Of a DNA stretch of 64,000 nt, positions 49,340-59,372 are shown one piece after another. How positions within the stretch are numbered: the stretch's first letter is position 1; each line of letters begins with the position of its first letter. Position numbers and translations under genes: made by a program. The stretch comes from Candidatus Binatia bacterium. GTDB taxonomy: Bacteria; Desulfobacterota; Binatia; UBA9968; JAJDTQ01. The notes under the pieces are model-generated. The model searched no databases. It saw only the letters and a program-made list of their open reading frames with translations, and was not told the DNA's origin. The DNA is taken from the NCBI GenBank assembly GCA_963666515.2, contig OY762897.2, forward strand, positions 1,728,001 through 1,792,000, written 5' to 3'.

Positions 49340-51067
49340 ATGCCCCAGCCCGATAGCCCGGCTGCGCCTGCGGCGCCGCGCGCCCGCATCACGGCGCTCA
49401 ACTGGGGCCTCTACCTGATGATCGTGCTCATCGGGTTCATGGGCTTCTACATCCTCTACCCGCTCGCCCTCATCCTCATCAACAGCTTCAACGTCGCCAC
49501 CATCGGCGAGCCCACCCGGTGGGGCTTCGGCGCCTGGACCGAGGCATTCACCGAATACGGCGCCGGCGAGGCGCTGTGGAACACCATCCACCTGACCGTG
49601 GTGCGCCAAGCCATCGTCTTCCCGCTGGGCGTCTTCCTGGCGTGGGTCCTGTCCCGCACCAACATCCCCTTCGCCCGCGGCTTCGAGTTCCTCTTCTGGA
49701 TCTCCTTCATGCTGCCCAGCGTGGCCTCGACTTACGGCTGGATGCTGCTGCTGGATCCGGACTACGGGCTGGTCAACACCTGGTTCGATAATCTCCTGGG
49801 GGTGATGCCCTTCGACATCTATTCTTTCTGGGGCATCGTGTGGGTCCATACCGTCGCCGGCCTCGACACCAAGGTCATGCTCCTGACTCCGGCCTTCCGC
49901 AGGATGGACGCCGCAATGGAGGAGGCGAGCCTTTTGTGCGGCGCCGGCACGCTGCGGACCATGTTCCGGGTGACCCTCCCGGTGATGACGCCGATCCTGG
50001 TGGTGGTGCTGCTGCTGAGCTTGGTGCGGCTGTTCGAGTCCTTCGAGACCGAGTTGCTGCTGGGGACCCCCTGGGGCTTCTTCGTCTACTCCACCATGAT
50101 CGTGGACCTGGCCCGGCAGGACCCGCCCCTCACCAACCAGGCCGCGGCCTTGGGGAGCATCATCCTGGTGTTCCTGGCGGTGTTCATCCCGCTGCAGCGC
50201 AAGCTCATCGGCGCGCGCCAGTTCACCACCGTCACGAGCCACTTCAAAGCGAAGCTCATCGACATGGGTCCCTGGAAGTACCTGGCGGCCGCGGGCATAG
50301 GCGCGATCTGCTTCCTGGCGGTAGGTGTCCCCATCCTGAGCGCCCTGGGCGGCAGCCTGATGGTCCGCTTCGGGTTCTTCGACCTGCCCCAGACCTGGAC
50401 CCTGGAGTACTGGCGCGTCGCCCTGAACGACCCGCGGCTCATGCTGGCGCTCCAGAACACCCTGATCATCGCCGTGGTCTCGGCGGTAGTCGGGCCGATC
50501 CTCTTTTCCCTCATCGCCTACATCATCGTCCGCACGCGACTGCCGGGAAGGAGTGTCCTGGACTCCATCTGCTGGCTTCCCTCGGCGGTGCCCGGGGTCC
50601 TCGCCGGATTGGGACTGTTGTGGATGTTCCTGGGCACGCCGTTCTTCCGCCCGCTCTACGGCACCCTGTTCCTGCTCATCATCGCCTCCATGATGGGAGG
50701 CATCACCCTGGCCACCCAGGTCCTCAAAGCCAACTTCATCCAGCTCGGCAAGGAGCTGGAGGAGGCGTCCCTCACCTCAGGCGCCGGCTTCTGGGGCACC
50801 TACTTCCGCATCGTGCTGCCGCTCATGGGACAGACCATGGCCCTCATTGCCGTGCTCAAGTTCCTCTTCGCCGCCCGCACCGCCTCCAGCGTCATCCTGC
50901 TGGCCACCTCCGAAACTCGCACCCTCGCCCTCCTGGCCCTGGACCAGATCGCCGGCGGCTACCGTGAGCCCGCCAGCATCACGGTGCTGTTCATCGTGCT
51001 GCTCACCACGGGCGTGGCGCTGGTGGCGCGGTCGTTCGGACTCAAGGTGGGGATTCAGGGGGCGTGA
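49340..51067 (+). CDS. FbpB-type double-domain ABC permease (paralog of 26531-28243)
   Basis: MEEAS..CGA and LEEAS..SGA loops; many TM segments. Confidence 0.9.
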   Translation: MPQPDSPAAPAAPRARITALNWGLYLMIVLIGFMGFYILYPLALILINSFNVATIGEPTRWGFGAWTEAFTEYGAGEALWNTIHLTVVRQAIVFPLGVFLAWVLSRTNIPFARGFEFLFWISFMLPSVASTYGWMLLLDPDYGLVNTWFDNLLGVMPFDIYSFWGIVWVHTVAGLDTKVMLLTPAFRRMDAAMEEASLLCGAGTLRTMFRVTLPVMTPILVVVLLLSLVRLFESFETELLLGTPWGFFVYSTMIVDLARQDPPLTNQAAALGSIILVFLAVFIPLQRKLIGARQFTTVTSHFKAKLIDMGPWKYLAAAGIGAICFLAVGVPILSALGGSLMVRFGFFDLPQTWTLEYWRVALNDPRLMLALQNTLIIAVVSAVVGPILFSLIAYIIVRTRLPGRSVLDSICWLPSAVPGVLAGLGLLWMFLGTPFFRPLYGTLFLLIIASMMGGITLATQVLKANFIQLGKELEEASLTSGAGFWGTYFRIVLPLMGQTMALIAVLKFLFAARTASSVILLATSETRTLALLALDQIAGGYREPASITVLFIVLLTTGVALVARSFGLKVGIQGA

Positions 51068-51139
51068 AGCTGAGCCCACCAGCTTGACTCATGACTCGTC
51101 CCTATTCTGGCCGACACTTTGACGGGCCTTCGACGTTGA

Positions 51140-51152
51140 TCCCAATATGGGA
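51140..51152. promoter_or_regulatory. TCCCA-N3-TGGGA palindrome upstream of higA remnant (possible autoregulatory operator)
   Basis: tcccaatatggga, about 24 bp upstream of ATG 51176. Confidence 0.45.
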
Positions 51153-51175
51153 CCTTGCTATGGGAGGATGGAGCC

Positions 51176-51364
51176 ATGGATATCGAACCGATCAGGAACC
51201 AGCGAGACTATCACAGGACACTGAAGGAGATAGAGGGTCTGATGACGGCGAAGCCTCACACGCCGGAAGGAGATCGCCTCGACGTACTCGTCACACTTGT
51301 CGAGGCCTGGGAAGCCAACCACTATGTGATCGATACGAATGTGAACCGCCTCGGGGCGCCATAG
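51176..51364 (+). pseudogene. higA: Truncated HigA-type antitoxin (N-terminal part only, HTH missing)
   Basis: MDIEPIRNQRDY...PEGDRLDVLVTLVEAWEANHY, then stops; no higB. Confidence 0.7.
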
Positions 51365-51409
51365 AAAGACACGTTCTTCGAACAGTTTCGCGGGCGACAG
51401 ACCGAGGTC

Positions 51410-52438
51410 TTACCCCGTCCCCTGCTCTTTCTCCTTCGCCAAGCCCATGGCGATCTCCACCAGGATATCTTCCTGGCCGCCCACCGCTTGGCGCTTGCCC
51501 ACCTCCACGAGGACATCGCGCGGGTCGACACCGAACTGGGCGGCGGCCTTGTCGGCGTGGAGCAGGAAGCTCGAGTAGACGCCGGCGTAGCCCATGGTCA
51601 GGCTGGTCTTGCCGATCCGCACGGGCTTCTGCATCAGCGGCTTCACTATCTCCTCGGCCACGTCCATGATCTTCCAGAGGTCGATGCCGGTCTCGTACTT
51701 CCCGAGCTTGTCGAGCACGGCCACCAGCACCTCGGTGGGAGTGTTGCCGGAGCCGGCGCCCAGGCCGCATGTGCAGGCGTCGAGCCAGCGGGCGCCCTCC
51801 TCGATGGCCACCAGGCTGTTGGCCATGGCCATGGACAGGTTGTTGTGGCCGTGGAATCCCACGCCGATGTCGATGGCGTCGCGTAGCGCCCTCACCCGCT
51901 CGCGCACGGTGGGAGGCAGCAGCGCACCCGCGGAATCGGTCACCAGCACCACGTCGGCGCCGTAGCTCTCCATGAGCTTCCCCTGCTCGGCGATCTTCTC
52001 GGGAGAGCCCATGTGGGAGAGCATCAGCATGCCGATGACCTCCATGTCCATCTTCTTGGCCAGCTCGATGTGCTGCTCGGAGACGTCGGCCTCGGTGACG
52101 TGGGTAGCGATCTGCGCCACCTGCGCGCCCATGTCCCTGGCCCGGGCCAAGTCGTCCTTGGTGCCGATGCCCGGCAGCAGCAACACCGCCAGCTTGCCCC
52201 GGTCCACCACGCCCGCGGCAGCGTCCAGCAACTCGAACTCGGACTGTTTTGAGAAGCCGTAGGTGATGGTGGAGCCGCCGAGCCCGTCGCCGTGGGACAC
52301 CTCGATGATCTCGACGCCGGCGTCGTTCAGCCCCTGGGCCACCCGGGCCACCTGGACCGCGGTGAGCTGGTGGCTCAGGGCGTGGCTGCCGTCCCGTAGC
52401 GTGCTGTCGAGGATGTGGATGTGGTTGTCGTCGCTCAT
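51410..52438 (-). CDS. dmpG: 4-hydroxy-2-oxovalerate aldolase
   Basis: DSTLRDGSH, EVSHGDGLGG, LLLPGIGT, HGHNNL, GYAGVYSSFL. Confidence 0.95.
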   Translation of the reverse strand: MSDDNHIHILDSTLRDGSHALSHQLTAVQVARVAQGLNDAGVEIIEVSHGDGLGGSTITYGFSKQSEFELLDAAAGVVDRGKLAVLLLPGIGTKDDLARARDMGAQVAQIATHVTEADVSEQHIELAKKMDMEVIGMLMLSHMGSPEKIAEQGKLMESYGADVVLVTDSAGALLPPTVRERVRALRDAIDIGVGFHGHNNLSMAMANSLVAIEEGARWLDACTCGLGAGSGNTPTEVLVAVLDKLGKYETGIDLWKIMDVAEEIVKPLMQKPVRIGKTSLTMGYAGVYSSFLLHADKAAAQFGVDPRDVLVEVGKRQAVGGQEDILVEIAMGLAKEKEQGTG

Positions 52439-52449
52439 GGCGGTCTCCC

Positions 52450-53349
52450 TCAGCGCTTGCGCCAAGTCCCGGCCCGGAGATGCCTGCCGATCTCCTCGCC
52501 TACCCGCACTGCGGCCGCGGTCATGATGTCGAGGTTGCCGGCGTAGGGCGGCAGGTAGTCGGCGGCGCCTTCCACTTCCACGTAGACGGTGACCTTCTGC
52601 TTGCCTTCGGGCATGTCCTCCACCAACGGCTCGGCCCGGAGCCGGTAGCCGGACACGTACTCCTGAATGCGCCGCACCATGTCCGCAAGGGCCTGACGGA
52701 TGCGTTCCGGGTCCGCCGGCTCGAGCATCCCGTACACGGTGTTGCGCATGAGGATCGGCGGCTCGGCCGGGTTGAGCACGATCACCGCCTTGCCCCTGGC
52801 CGCCTTGCCGATTTTCTCCAACCCGCGGGCGGTGGTGTCGGTGAACTCGTCGATGTTCTGCCGGGTACCGGGTCCGGCGCTCCTGCTGGCGATGGTGGCG
52901 ACGATCTCGGCGTACTCCACCGGCGCGCACGCGCCCATGGCGCTCACCAGCGGCACGGTGGCCTGCCCGCCGCAGCTCACCAGGTTCACGTTGGGCTCGC
53001 CCACGTGGGCGTCGAGGTTGACCAGGGGAATGACGTAGGGTCCTACCGCCGCGGGAGTCAGATCGACGGCGACCTTGCCGGCCTTCTTGAGGAGCGGCGC
53101 GTGCGCGGCGTGGGCCCTTGCGGTGGTGGCGTCGAACACGATCTCGAAATCGCCGGCGTGCTCCAGGAGGCCGTCGATGCCCTCGTAGGTCGTCGTCAGC
53201 CCTTCCCGGCGCGCCCGCGCGAGGCCGTCCGACTCGGGAATGATGCCGGCCATCACCGTGGGCTGGACGGTGTCGCTGCGCAGGAGCTTGTACATGAGGT
53301 CCGTGCCGATGTTGCCGGAACCCAGAATAGCTGCGCCGGTCTTCTCCAT
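52450..53349 (-). CDS. dmpF: Acetaldehyde dehydrogenase (acylating)
   Basis: [43 protein letters not shown]. Confidence 0.95.
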   Translation of the reverse strand: MEKTGAAILGSGNIGTDLMYKLLRSDTVQPTVMAGIIPESDGLARARREGLTTTYEGIDGLLEHAGDFEIVFDATTARAHAAHAPLLKKAGKVAVDLTPAAVGPYVIPLVNLDAHVGEPNVNLVSCGGQATVPLVSAMGACAPVEYAEIVATIASRSAGPGTRQNIDEFTDTTARGLEKIGKAARGKAVIVLNPAEPPILMRNTVYGMLEPADPERIRQALADMVRRIQEYVSGYRLRAEPLVEDMPEGKQKVTVYVEVEGAADYLPPYAGNLDIMTAAAVRVGEEIGRHLRAGTWRKR

Positions 53350-53363
53350 GCCCGTGTCCTCCC

Positions 53364-54155
53364 CTACACGAACCGGGCTGATACCGTCCCCAAGCCGTCG
53401 AACGACACCCGGATGTGATCGCCCCGGACCACATCCACCGCTGCCGAGACCGCGCCCGGCATGATCACCTCGCCGGCCTCCAGGGCCACGCCGTACGCGC
53501 CGACCGCATTGGCCAGCCACGCCACCGCGTTGGCCGGATGTCCCAGCGCGGCGGCGCCCGCGCCGGTCTGCGCCACCTCGCCGTTCTTCTCCAGCACCAT
53601 GCCCACCAGCCGGAGGTCCACCTGGTGGACCTGCCTGGGCGTGTTGCCGAGCACGATGCGCGCCGACGAGGCATTGTCGGCGATGGTGTCCGGTAGCTTG
53701 ATCTTCCAGTCACGGACGCGGCTGTCGATGATCTCGATGGCGGGCACCACGAAACGCGTGGCCGCCAGCACCTGCATCGCGGTGACGCCCGGCCCCTTGA
53801 GGGAGCGTTCCATCACGAACGCGATCTCCGGCTCCACCTTGGGCTGGATCAGCTCGCCGGTGTCCATGCGGACCTCGTCCTCCAGCACCATGGTGTCGAA
53901 GATGTGGCCGTAATCGGGCTGGTCCACGCCCAGCATCCGCTGCATGGCCAGGCTGGTGAGGCCGATCTTCTTGCCGACGATCTTCTCGCCCGCCGCCTTA
54001 CGGAGATCCACCAGCGCGAGCTGCACGCGGTAGGCGGCGGCCACGTCGAGCCCCTCGTGGGTGACCGTCAAGGGATCGAGCACGCGGCGCTCGCGTTCAG
54101 CGTCGTAAAGGCCCTTCGCGATCTTTCGGACCGCGGCCTGGGTAAGCCGTGCCAA
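53364..54155 (-). CDS. mhpD: 2-keto-4-pentenoate hydratase
   Basis: [46 protein letters not shown]; TTG start with SD. Confidence 0.9.
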   Translation of the reverse strand: MARLTQAAVRKIAKGLYDAERERRVLDPLTVTHEGLDVAAAYRVQLALVDLRKAAGEKIVGKKIGLTSLAMQRMLGVDQPDYGHIFDTMVLEDEVRMDTGELIQPKVEPEIAFVMERSLKGPGVTAMQVLAATRFVVPAIEIIDSRVRDWKIKLPDTIADNASSARIVLGNTPRQVHQVDLRLVGMVLEKNGEVAQTGAGAAALGHPANAVAWLANAVGAYGVALEAGEVIMPGAVSAAVDVVRGDHIRVSFDGLGTVSARFV

Positions 54156-54200
54156 GTTCGCCTCCTTCCCTGTCGCGGCATGACCGGGACAAGGAACGCT

Positions 54201-54221
54201 GTCCTTCGACTTCGCTACGCT
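54201..54221. repeat. Partial family C REP copy
   Basis: GTCCTTCGACTTCGCTACGCT. Confidence 0.6.
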
Positions 54222-54228
54222 GACGCCC

Positions 54229-54954
54229 CTACACCATCTCCTCCAGCAGCCGCCCGTAGCCCATCACCGACTCGTTGACGTGGAGCCGTTTCTGTATCGC
54301 CCACACCCGGGCCGGCACCGGGTGCACCACGGGCACCTGCAGGTCCTGCTCCAGCAGCTCGATGATGTCCAGGGTGCGCCAGCCGGAGCCCAGCATGTAG
54401 ATGGCGTCGGCGCCCTTGTGCTTGAGGAACAGGTTGCGCGTGTGCGCGTAGACTTCCTGTCCGGCGAGCTTCCCCACGTCCTCGAAGTCCACCGGGATGC
54501 CCTCCATCGCCAGCACGTCGAATCCCGCCTCGACGAAGTACTTGGCGAAGGTCTGGTTGATCTGGCCGGTGAAGTAGGTGACGCCGAGGATCTTCTTTGC
54601 CTTGAGCGCCTTCAGGGCCTCGATCTGGGTCTGGCCGGCGGTGACCATGGGGACCTTGTACTTGCGCTCCCAGGCCCGGATGGTGCGGCGCTCACCCTTG
54701 ACGCCCTGGAACATGAAGGGCGGCGCGCCTTCGGGATGGATCAGGTCCACGCCGTAGCCGGCGAGCTGGGCCACCCGCTCCTCGTACGCCTTCATGGCCT
54801 GCTGGAACTCGTCCGCGGTACCGCGCTGAAAGCCGATGAAGAGCGGTATGATGCCGATGCCCTCCGGCATCATGCGGATGAACTCCTCCAGGGACCCTGG
54901 CCGCATGGTGGGCTTGACCACGCCGACGGTGCCGCGCCAACTCGTGTACGCCAT
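54229..54954 (-). CDS. Maleate isomerase/AMDase-fold protein lacking all Cys (paralog of 14843-15598)
   Basis: SWRG.VG..KP, EGAPPF, YMLGSGW, GYGRLL. Confidence 0.82.
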   Translation of the reverse strand: MAYTSWRGTVGVVKPTMRPGSLEEFIRMMPEGIGIIPLFIGFQRGTADEFQQAMKAYEERVAQLAGYGVDLIHPEGAPPFMFQGVKGERRTIRAWERKYKVPMVTAGQTQIEALKALKAKKILGVTYFTGQINQTFAKYFVEAGFDVLAMEGIPVDFEDVGKLAGQEVYAHTRNLFLKHKGADAIYMLGSGWRTLDIIELLEQDLQVPVVHPVPARVWAIQKRLHVNESVMGYGRLLEEMV

Positions 54955-55212
54955 TCAAGACTCCTTCTGCATTGGGGAAATCGGATTTCCCGGACGCTAA
55001 CCGAAGCTCCGGGGTTTTTCAACTCCGCCGCCCAATCCCGGCCAGGGCGGGGTTGAAACGCGCGCATGCGGTCGAGATGCCGGTTGCGGGCGCGTTTGAA
55101 CCGCGACTCCGCAACCGCGGCGCCTTGCCCGCGGCCGGAATTCCTGCGCATATTCGTCAACGTATTCATGGAACGCATCACGCTTACCCGCCCGGGCAAT
55201 CCGGCCTGACCC

Positions 55213-56085
55213 GTGGACAATCTGTACATCCCGCTGCTGGCTCTGGGCGCCGCCCTGTGCTTCTCCTCGGGCCAGATATGCTCCCGCCTGGGCCTCAACT
55301 ACGGCACCCCCACCAGCGCCATTTCGGTCTCGCTCTTCACCTCCACCGTCATCCTGCTGGTGGTGCTGGGGCCGCTGGCCTCCTGGGAAAACGCGCCGGC
55401 GGCGGGGCTGCTGCTGTTCACCGGGGCCGGCGTGCTGTCGCCCTTCTGCACGCAGATCCTGTTGTTCATCTCCGCCAACAAGGTCGGCATTTCCCGGGCC
55501 TCGCCGCTACGCAACACGACGCCGCTCTTCGCCGGCGTGGTGGCTGTGTTGTGGCTGGGGGAGACCGTCACCGTGGCCATTGCCAGCGGCACGCTGCTCA
55601 TCATCTTCGGCGCGAGCCTGCTGGGCATGAGGGATTCCGAGCAGGCCATCCCCTACCAACCCATCTACCTGTTGCTGCCGGTGCTGGCGGCGTTCCTGGG
55701 CGGGTTCTCGAGCCCCATGCGCAAGCTCGGCTACTCCATGATCGATTCGGTGCCGCTGGCGGTCTGCGTGGTGCAGGGAGGGGCGTTCGTGGCGTTGGTG
55801 CTCTACCTTCTGGCGACCGGGAAGTATCGGGAATTGGTCCTACGGCGGGAGACGCTGTGGTGGTTCGGCCTGTCGGGGCTGCTCAACAGCGTTGCCGTGA
55901 CCATGAACATGACCGCGCTGGAAATGGGGGACGTGGTGGTGGTCTCGCCGCTCATCTCCACCACCCCGCTCTTCACCGTGATCCTGAGCACCGTCTTCCT
56001 GCGCTCGTTCGAGCGGGTGACGCTCAAGGTGCTCGTGGGGGCGGCGGCCATCTGTCTCGGCGGGATCGTGCTCACCACGCTCTGA
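55213..56085 (+). CDS. DMT/EamA family transporter
   Basis: Two EamA repeats, about 10 TM; GISRASPL, LGETVT, ERVT. Confidence 0.9.
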   Translation: MDNLYIPLLALGAALCFSSGQICSRLGLNYGTPTSAISVSLFTSTVILLVVLGPLASWENAPAAGLLLFTGAGVLSPFCTQILLFISANKVGISRASPLRNTTPLFAGVVAVLWLGETVTVAIASGTLLIIFGASLLGMRDSEQAIPYQPIYLLLPVLAAFLGGFSSPMRKLGYSMIDSVPLAVCVVQGGAFVALVLYLLATGKYRELVLRRETLWWFGLSGLLNSVAVTMNMTALEMGDVVVVSPLISTTPLFTVILSTVFLRSFERVTLKVLVGAAAICLGGIVLTTL

Positions 56086-56115
56086 AGCGCGCGGCTAGCC
56101 GTATGGCGGCGCGGC

Positions 56116-56817
56116 CTACGCGAGCAGCTTTCCGTATCCGGGCAGGGACGGCTTCATGCCCAGCCCTGCCAGCGCCTCCCAGATCCACGCCTGGGTGTTG
56201 GTGATGACCGGCTTGCCCAGGTCCGCCTCCAACCGCTCGATCACGGACGAAACGCGCCACTTGTTGCAGGGCATGTAGATGCCGTCCACGTTGGGACACT
56301 CCTCCAGCACCGCGGCGGCCAGGTCGTAGCCGGTCTCGGCCGGCAGCTCCCATATCTCCTGGGTGTTGTCGTAGCCCAGGCCGCGGTTGGCGGCCACCTC
56401 GATGTTGTAGTGGTCCAGGAACCGGATGAGGTTCTCGTCCTGGTCGTGGGGAAACGGCGAGGCCATGACCACGCGGTACATGTCCATGGACTTGAGCGCC
56501 CGCACCACCGCGGTCAGCACGGTCGATGCCTTCACCGGCGTGATCTCCCGCACGGAGTCCAGCACCAGCCGGTCCGAGCCCGGACCGCGATAGGAAAGGA
56601 ACAGCTCGCCCGTGATCATGAGGAAGTCCAGGGAGTCCCGGGTGAGGTCGCGGACGACGTCGGCGAAGGCCTCTTCCACCCTGGCGAAGGTCTCGTCCGT
56701 GAAACTGCTGACGTGGAGGGGCCGGCCCTTGATTTCGACGCCCTCCGGCAGAATGCTGTAATACTCCTGAATGGTCGGATCATCCAGATTGGGTGAGATC
56801 AGACCCAAAGTCTTCAT
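56116..56817 (-). CDS. Arylmalonate decarboxylase-like protein (Gly/Cys active-site pattern)
   Basis: ITGELFLSYRG and IYMPCNKW correspond to AMDase G74 and C188 regions; GKPVIT, PGYGKLL. Confidence 0.78.
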   Translation of the reverse strand: MKTLGLISPNLDDPTIQEYYSILPEGVEIKGRPLHVSSFTDETFARVEEAFADVVRDLTRDSLDFLMITGELFLSYRGPGSDRLVLDSVREITPVKASTVLTAVVRALKSMDMYRVVMASPFPHDQDENLIRFLDHYNIEVAANRGLGYDNTQEIWELPAETGYDLAAAVLEECPNVDGIYMPCNKWRVSSVIERLEADLGKPVITNTQAWIWEALAGLGMKPSLPGYGKLLA

Positions 56818-57090
56818 CAAGTCCTCCAAACAAAAAAACCAGCCCGTCCCCTCGGCCCGGTGTCTGCGACACCCTCGCCAAGCGGCGGCTGGTTCGTTCC
56901 GGATATGGTTTAGCCAATCATCTCGCTTGCGTTGCGGGACCCGGTGAAACACGGCTCACCGCGTTGCCCGTTCGGCTGTAGGACGCCTACCAGAGCCGAC
57001 TTTCGGTGTCAAGAACCCTTTTCCTCGCTTGACTTTACCCGGCAGACCCGGAACCACTGGAAGGAAATCCGACCGCGGAGAGGTGAACCC

Positions 57091-59313
57091 ATGGCCGAGA
57101 ACAGGATCGTAGGGGCTCCGGCGACGCGCGGCGAGGGCGAGGACAAGGTGTCGGGCCGGGCGCGGTACACCGCGGACATGGCGGTGCCGGACATGCTCTG
57201 GTGCAAGGCGCTCAGGAGCCCCATCGCCCACGGCCGCATCAAGCGCATCGACGCCGGCAAGGCGCTGGCGGTTCCCGGCGTCCGGGCGGTGGTGACCGGG
57301 GCCGACGTCTCGGGCGCGCGCATCGGCAAGAAGATCGTCGACATGCCGCTCCTGGCGGACGGCGTGGTGCGCTACATCGGCGAGAAGGTGGCGGCGGTGG
57401 CCGCGGACACCGAAGCCGCGGCCGAGGCCGCGGCATCCCTCATCGAGGTGGAGTACCAGGAGATGGAGGCGGTGACGGACCCGGTGGAAGCCGCCAGGCC
57501 GTCCGCCCCGCTGATCCACCCGGACGTGGCCACCTACCCGGGCCTGCTCCACGAGATGGACGCCCCCAGCAACGTCTTCGTCCACCTCGAATGGCGCAAG
57601 GGCGACGTCGAGGCCGCGTTCGGGGAGGCCGACCTGGTGGTGGAGAACACCTTTGCGACGCCGCTGCAGCACCACGGCTACATCGAGCCCCACTGCTGCA
57701 TCGTGAAGGCCGCGGGAGACGGCGCCGAGATCTGGGCGTCCACCAAGAGCCTGTTCGCCTTGCGCGACCACATGGCCGGGGCGCTGGGCATTCCCGCCCA
57801 CAAGGTCGTCGCCCATCCCGGCTACATCGGCGGCGACTTCGGCGGCAAGGGCGACGCCAACGACATCGCGGTCTGCTACGTGCTCTCCCGGAAGACCGGG
57901 CGCCCGGTCAAGTACCTGATGGAGTACACCGAAGAGTTGATCTCGGGGAACCCGCGACACGCCTCGGTCACCACCATCAGGACCGGCGTCCGCAGGAACG
58001 GCCTCATCGTCGCCCAGCACATGCGACTGCTGTTCGACAGCGGCGCCTACGGCTCGTTCCGGCCCCAAGGCTACCTGGTAGGCGCCCACACCTCCGGCGG
58101 ACCCTACAAGATCGCCCATTTCCTGCTGGAGGAGAGCTACGTCTACACCAACAAGGTGCCGTGCGGCTACATGCGCGCGCCGGGTCACCCCCAGGGTTTC
58201 TTCGCCAACGAGAGCCAGCTCGACATGGTGGCGCGCGAGCTGGGCATGGACCCCGCGGAGCTGCGGCGCGTCAACTTCATGCACGACGGCGACCTGGACC
58301 CCACCGGCGCGCCGGTGGGACACATCCAGCCGGACGAGACCCTGGACAGCGCCATCCGGACGTCGGGCTTCCACGGACCGAGGGAGAAGAACGTCGGCCG
58401 CGGCATCGCCCTGGGCCACTGGATGTCCAAGGGCGGCGAGTCGTACATCGAACTTCGGGTGGACGCCGACGGCACGGCGACCCTGGGAGCCTCACTGGTG
58501 GACGTGGGCCCGGGCGCCTACACCATGATGCAGCAGGTGGTGGCCCAGGAGCTGGACCTGCCGCTGGACGGCGTGCGCTTCGAGCGCGTGGACACGACCC
58601 GGGTAGCCAGGGACACCGGCGTGCGCGGCAGCACCAGCACCCGGGTCCACGGCAGCGCGGCCTTCGACGCCGCGGACAAGGCCCGCGCCGCGCTGCTGGG
58701 CATCGCCGCCGAACGCATGGAGGTCCCGCCGGGCGAGCTGGGCGTCGTCAACGGCGGCGTCACCCACCTGCGGTCCGAGCGGCGCATGACCTTCGCCGAG
58801 CTGGTGGAAGCCGCGGGCGGGCCGGTGGCGGTCACCGGCCACTACGCCAACATGTCCGACGGTCCCGAGACCTCCGTGGTGGCACAGGTGGCCGAGGTGG
58901 AGGTGGACCCGGAAACCGGCCAGTTCGCCGTGCGCCGCCTCACCACCGCCCACGCCACCGGCACCGTGCTGAATCCCCTCGGCCACCAGGGACAGATCGA
59001 CGGCGCGGTGGTCATGGGGCTCGGGTTCGCGCGCTGCGAGGACATCGTCACCGACGGCGGTAAGGTCATGACCGCCAACCTCGGGGACTACAAGCTGCCC
59101 AACATCAAGGACATTCCGCCGCTCCGCACCGAGGTGGCCGAGGTTCCGGTGGGGAGCGGCCCCTACGGCAGCATGAGCATCGGCGAGACCGCGGTGATTC
59201 CCACGGCCGCGGCCGTGGCCAACGCGGTGCACGACGCCGTGGGGGTCCGGGTCACCACGCTGCCCGTCACCGCGGAGAAGGTCTTCGAGGCCCTCCAGGC
59301 CAAGCGCGGGTAG
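57091..59313 (+). CDS. Xanthine dehydrogenase family molybdopterin-binding large subunit
   Basis: KVSG.ARY..D, LRSP.AH.RI, HGYIEPH, IGGDFGGK, MRAPG, GQIDG, IGE. Confidence 0.92.
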   Translation: MAENRIVGAPATRGEGEDKVSGRARYTADMAVPDMLWCKALRSPIAHGRIKRIDAGKALAVPGVRAVVTGADVSGARIGKKIVDMPLLADGVVRYIGEKVAAVAADTEAAAEAAASLIEVEYQEMEAVTDPVEAARPSAPLIHPDVATYPGLLHEMDAPSNVFVHLEWRKGDVEAAFGEADLVVENTFATPLQHHGYIEPHCCIVKAAGDGAEIWASTKSLFALRDHMAGALGIPAHKVVAHPGYIGGDFGGKGDANDIAVCYVLSRKTGRPVKYLMEYTEELISGNPRHASVTTIRTGVRRNGLIVAQHMRLLFDSGAYGSFRPQGYLVGAHTSGGPYKIAHFLLEESYVYTNKVPCGYMRAPGHPQGFFANESQLDMVARELGMDPAELRRVNFMHDGDLDPTGAPVGHIQPDETLDSAIRTSGFHGPREKNVGRGIALGHWMSKGGESYIELRVDADGTATLGASLVDVGPGAYTMMQQVVAQELDLPLDGVRFERVDTTRVARDTGVRGSTSTRVHGSAAFDAADKARAALLGIAAERMEVPPGELGVVNGGVTHLRSERRMTFAELVEAAGGPVAVTGHYANMSDGPETSVVAQVAEVEVDPETGQFAVRRLTTAHATGTVLNPLGHQGQIDGAVVMGLGFARCEDIVTDGGKVMTANLGDYKLPNIKDIPPLRTEVAEVPVGSGPYGSMSIGETAVIPTAAAVANAVHDAVGVRVTTLPVTAEKVFEALQAKRG

Positions 59314-59372
59314 CGCAATGTGACAACTTGGGAGGTTTGTGTTAGGTCGTATTCCAGGAGGGGTTTGAGTCC

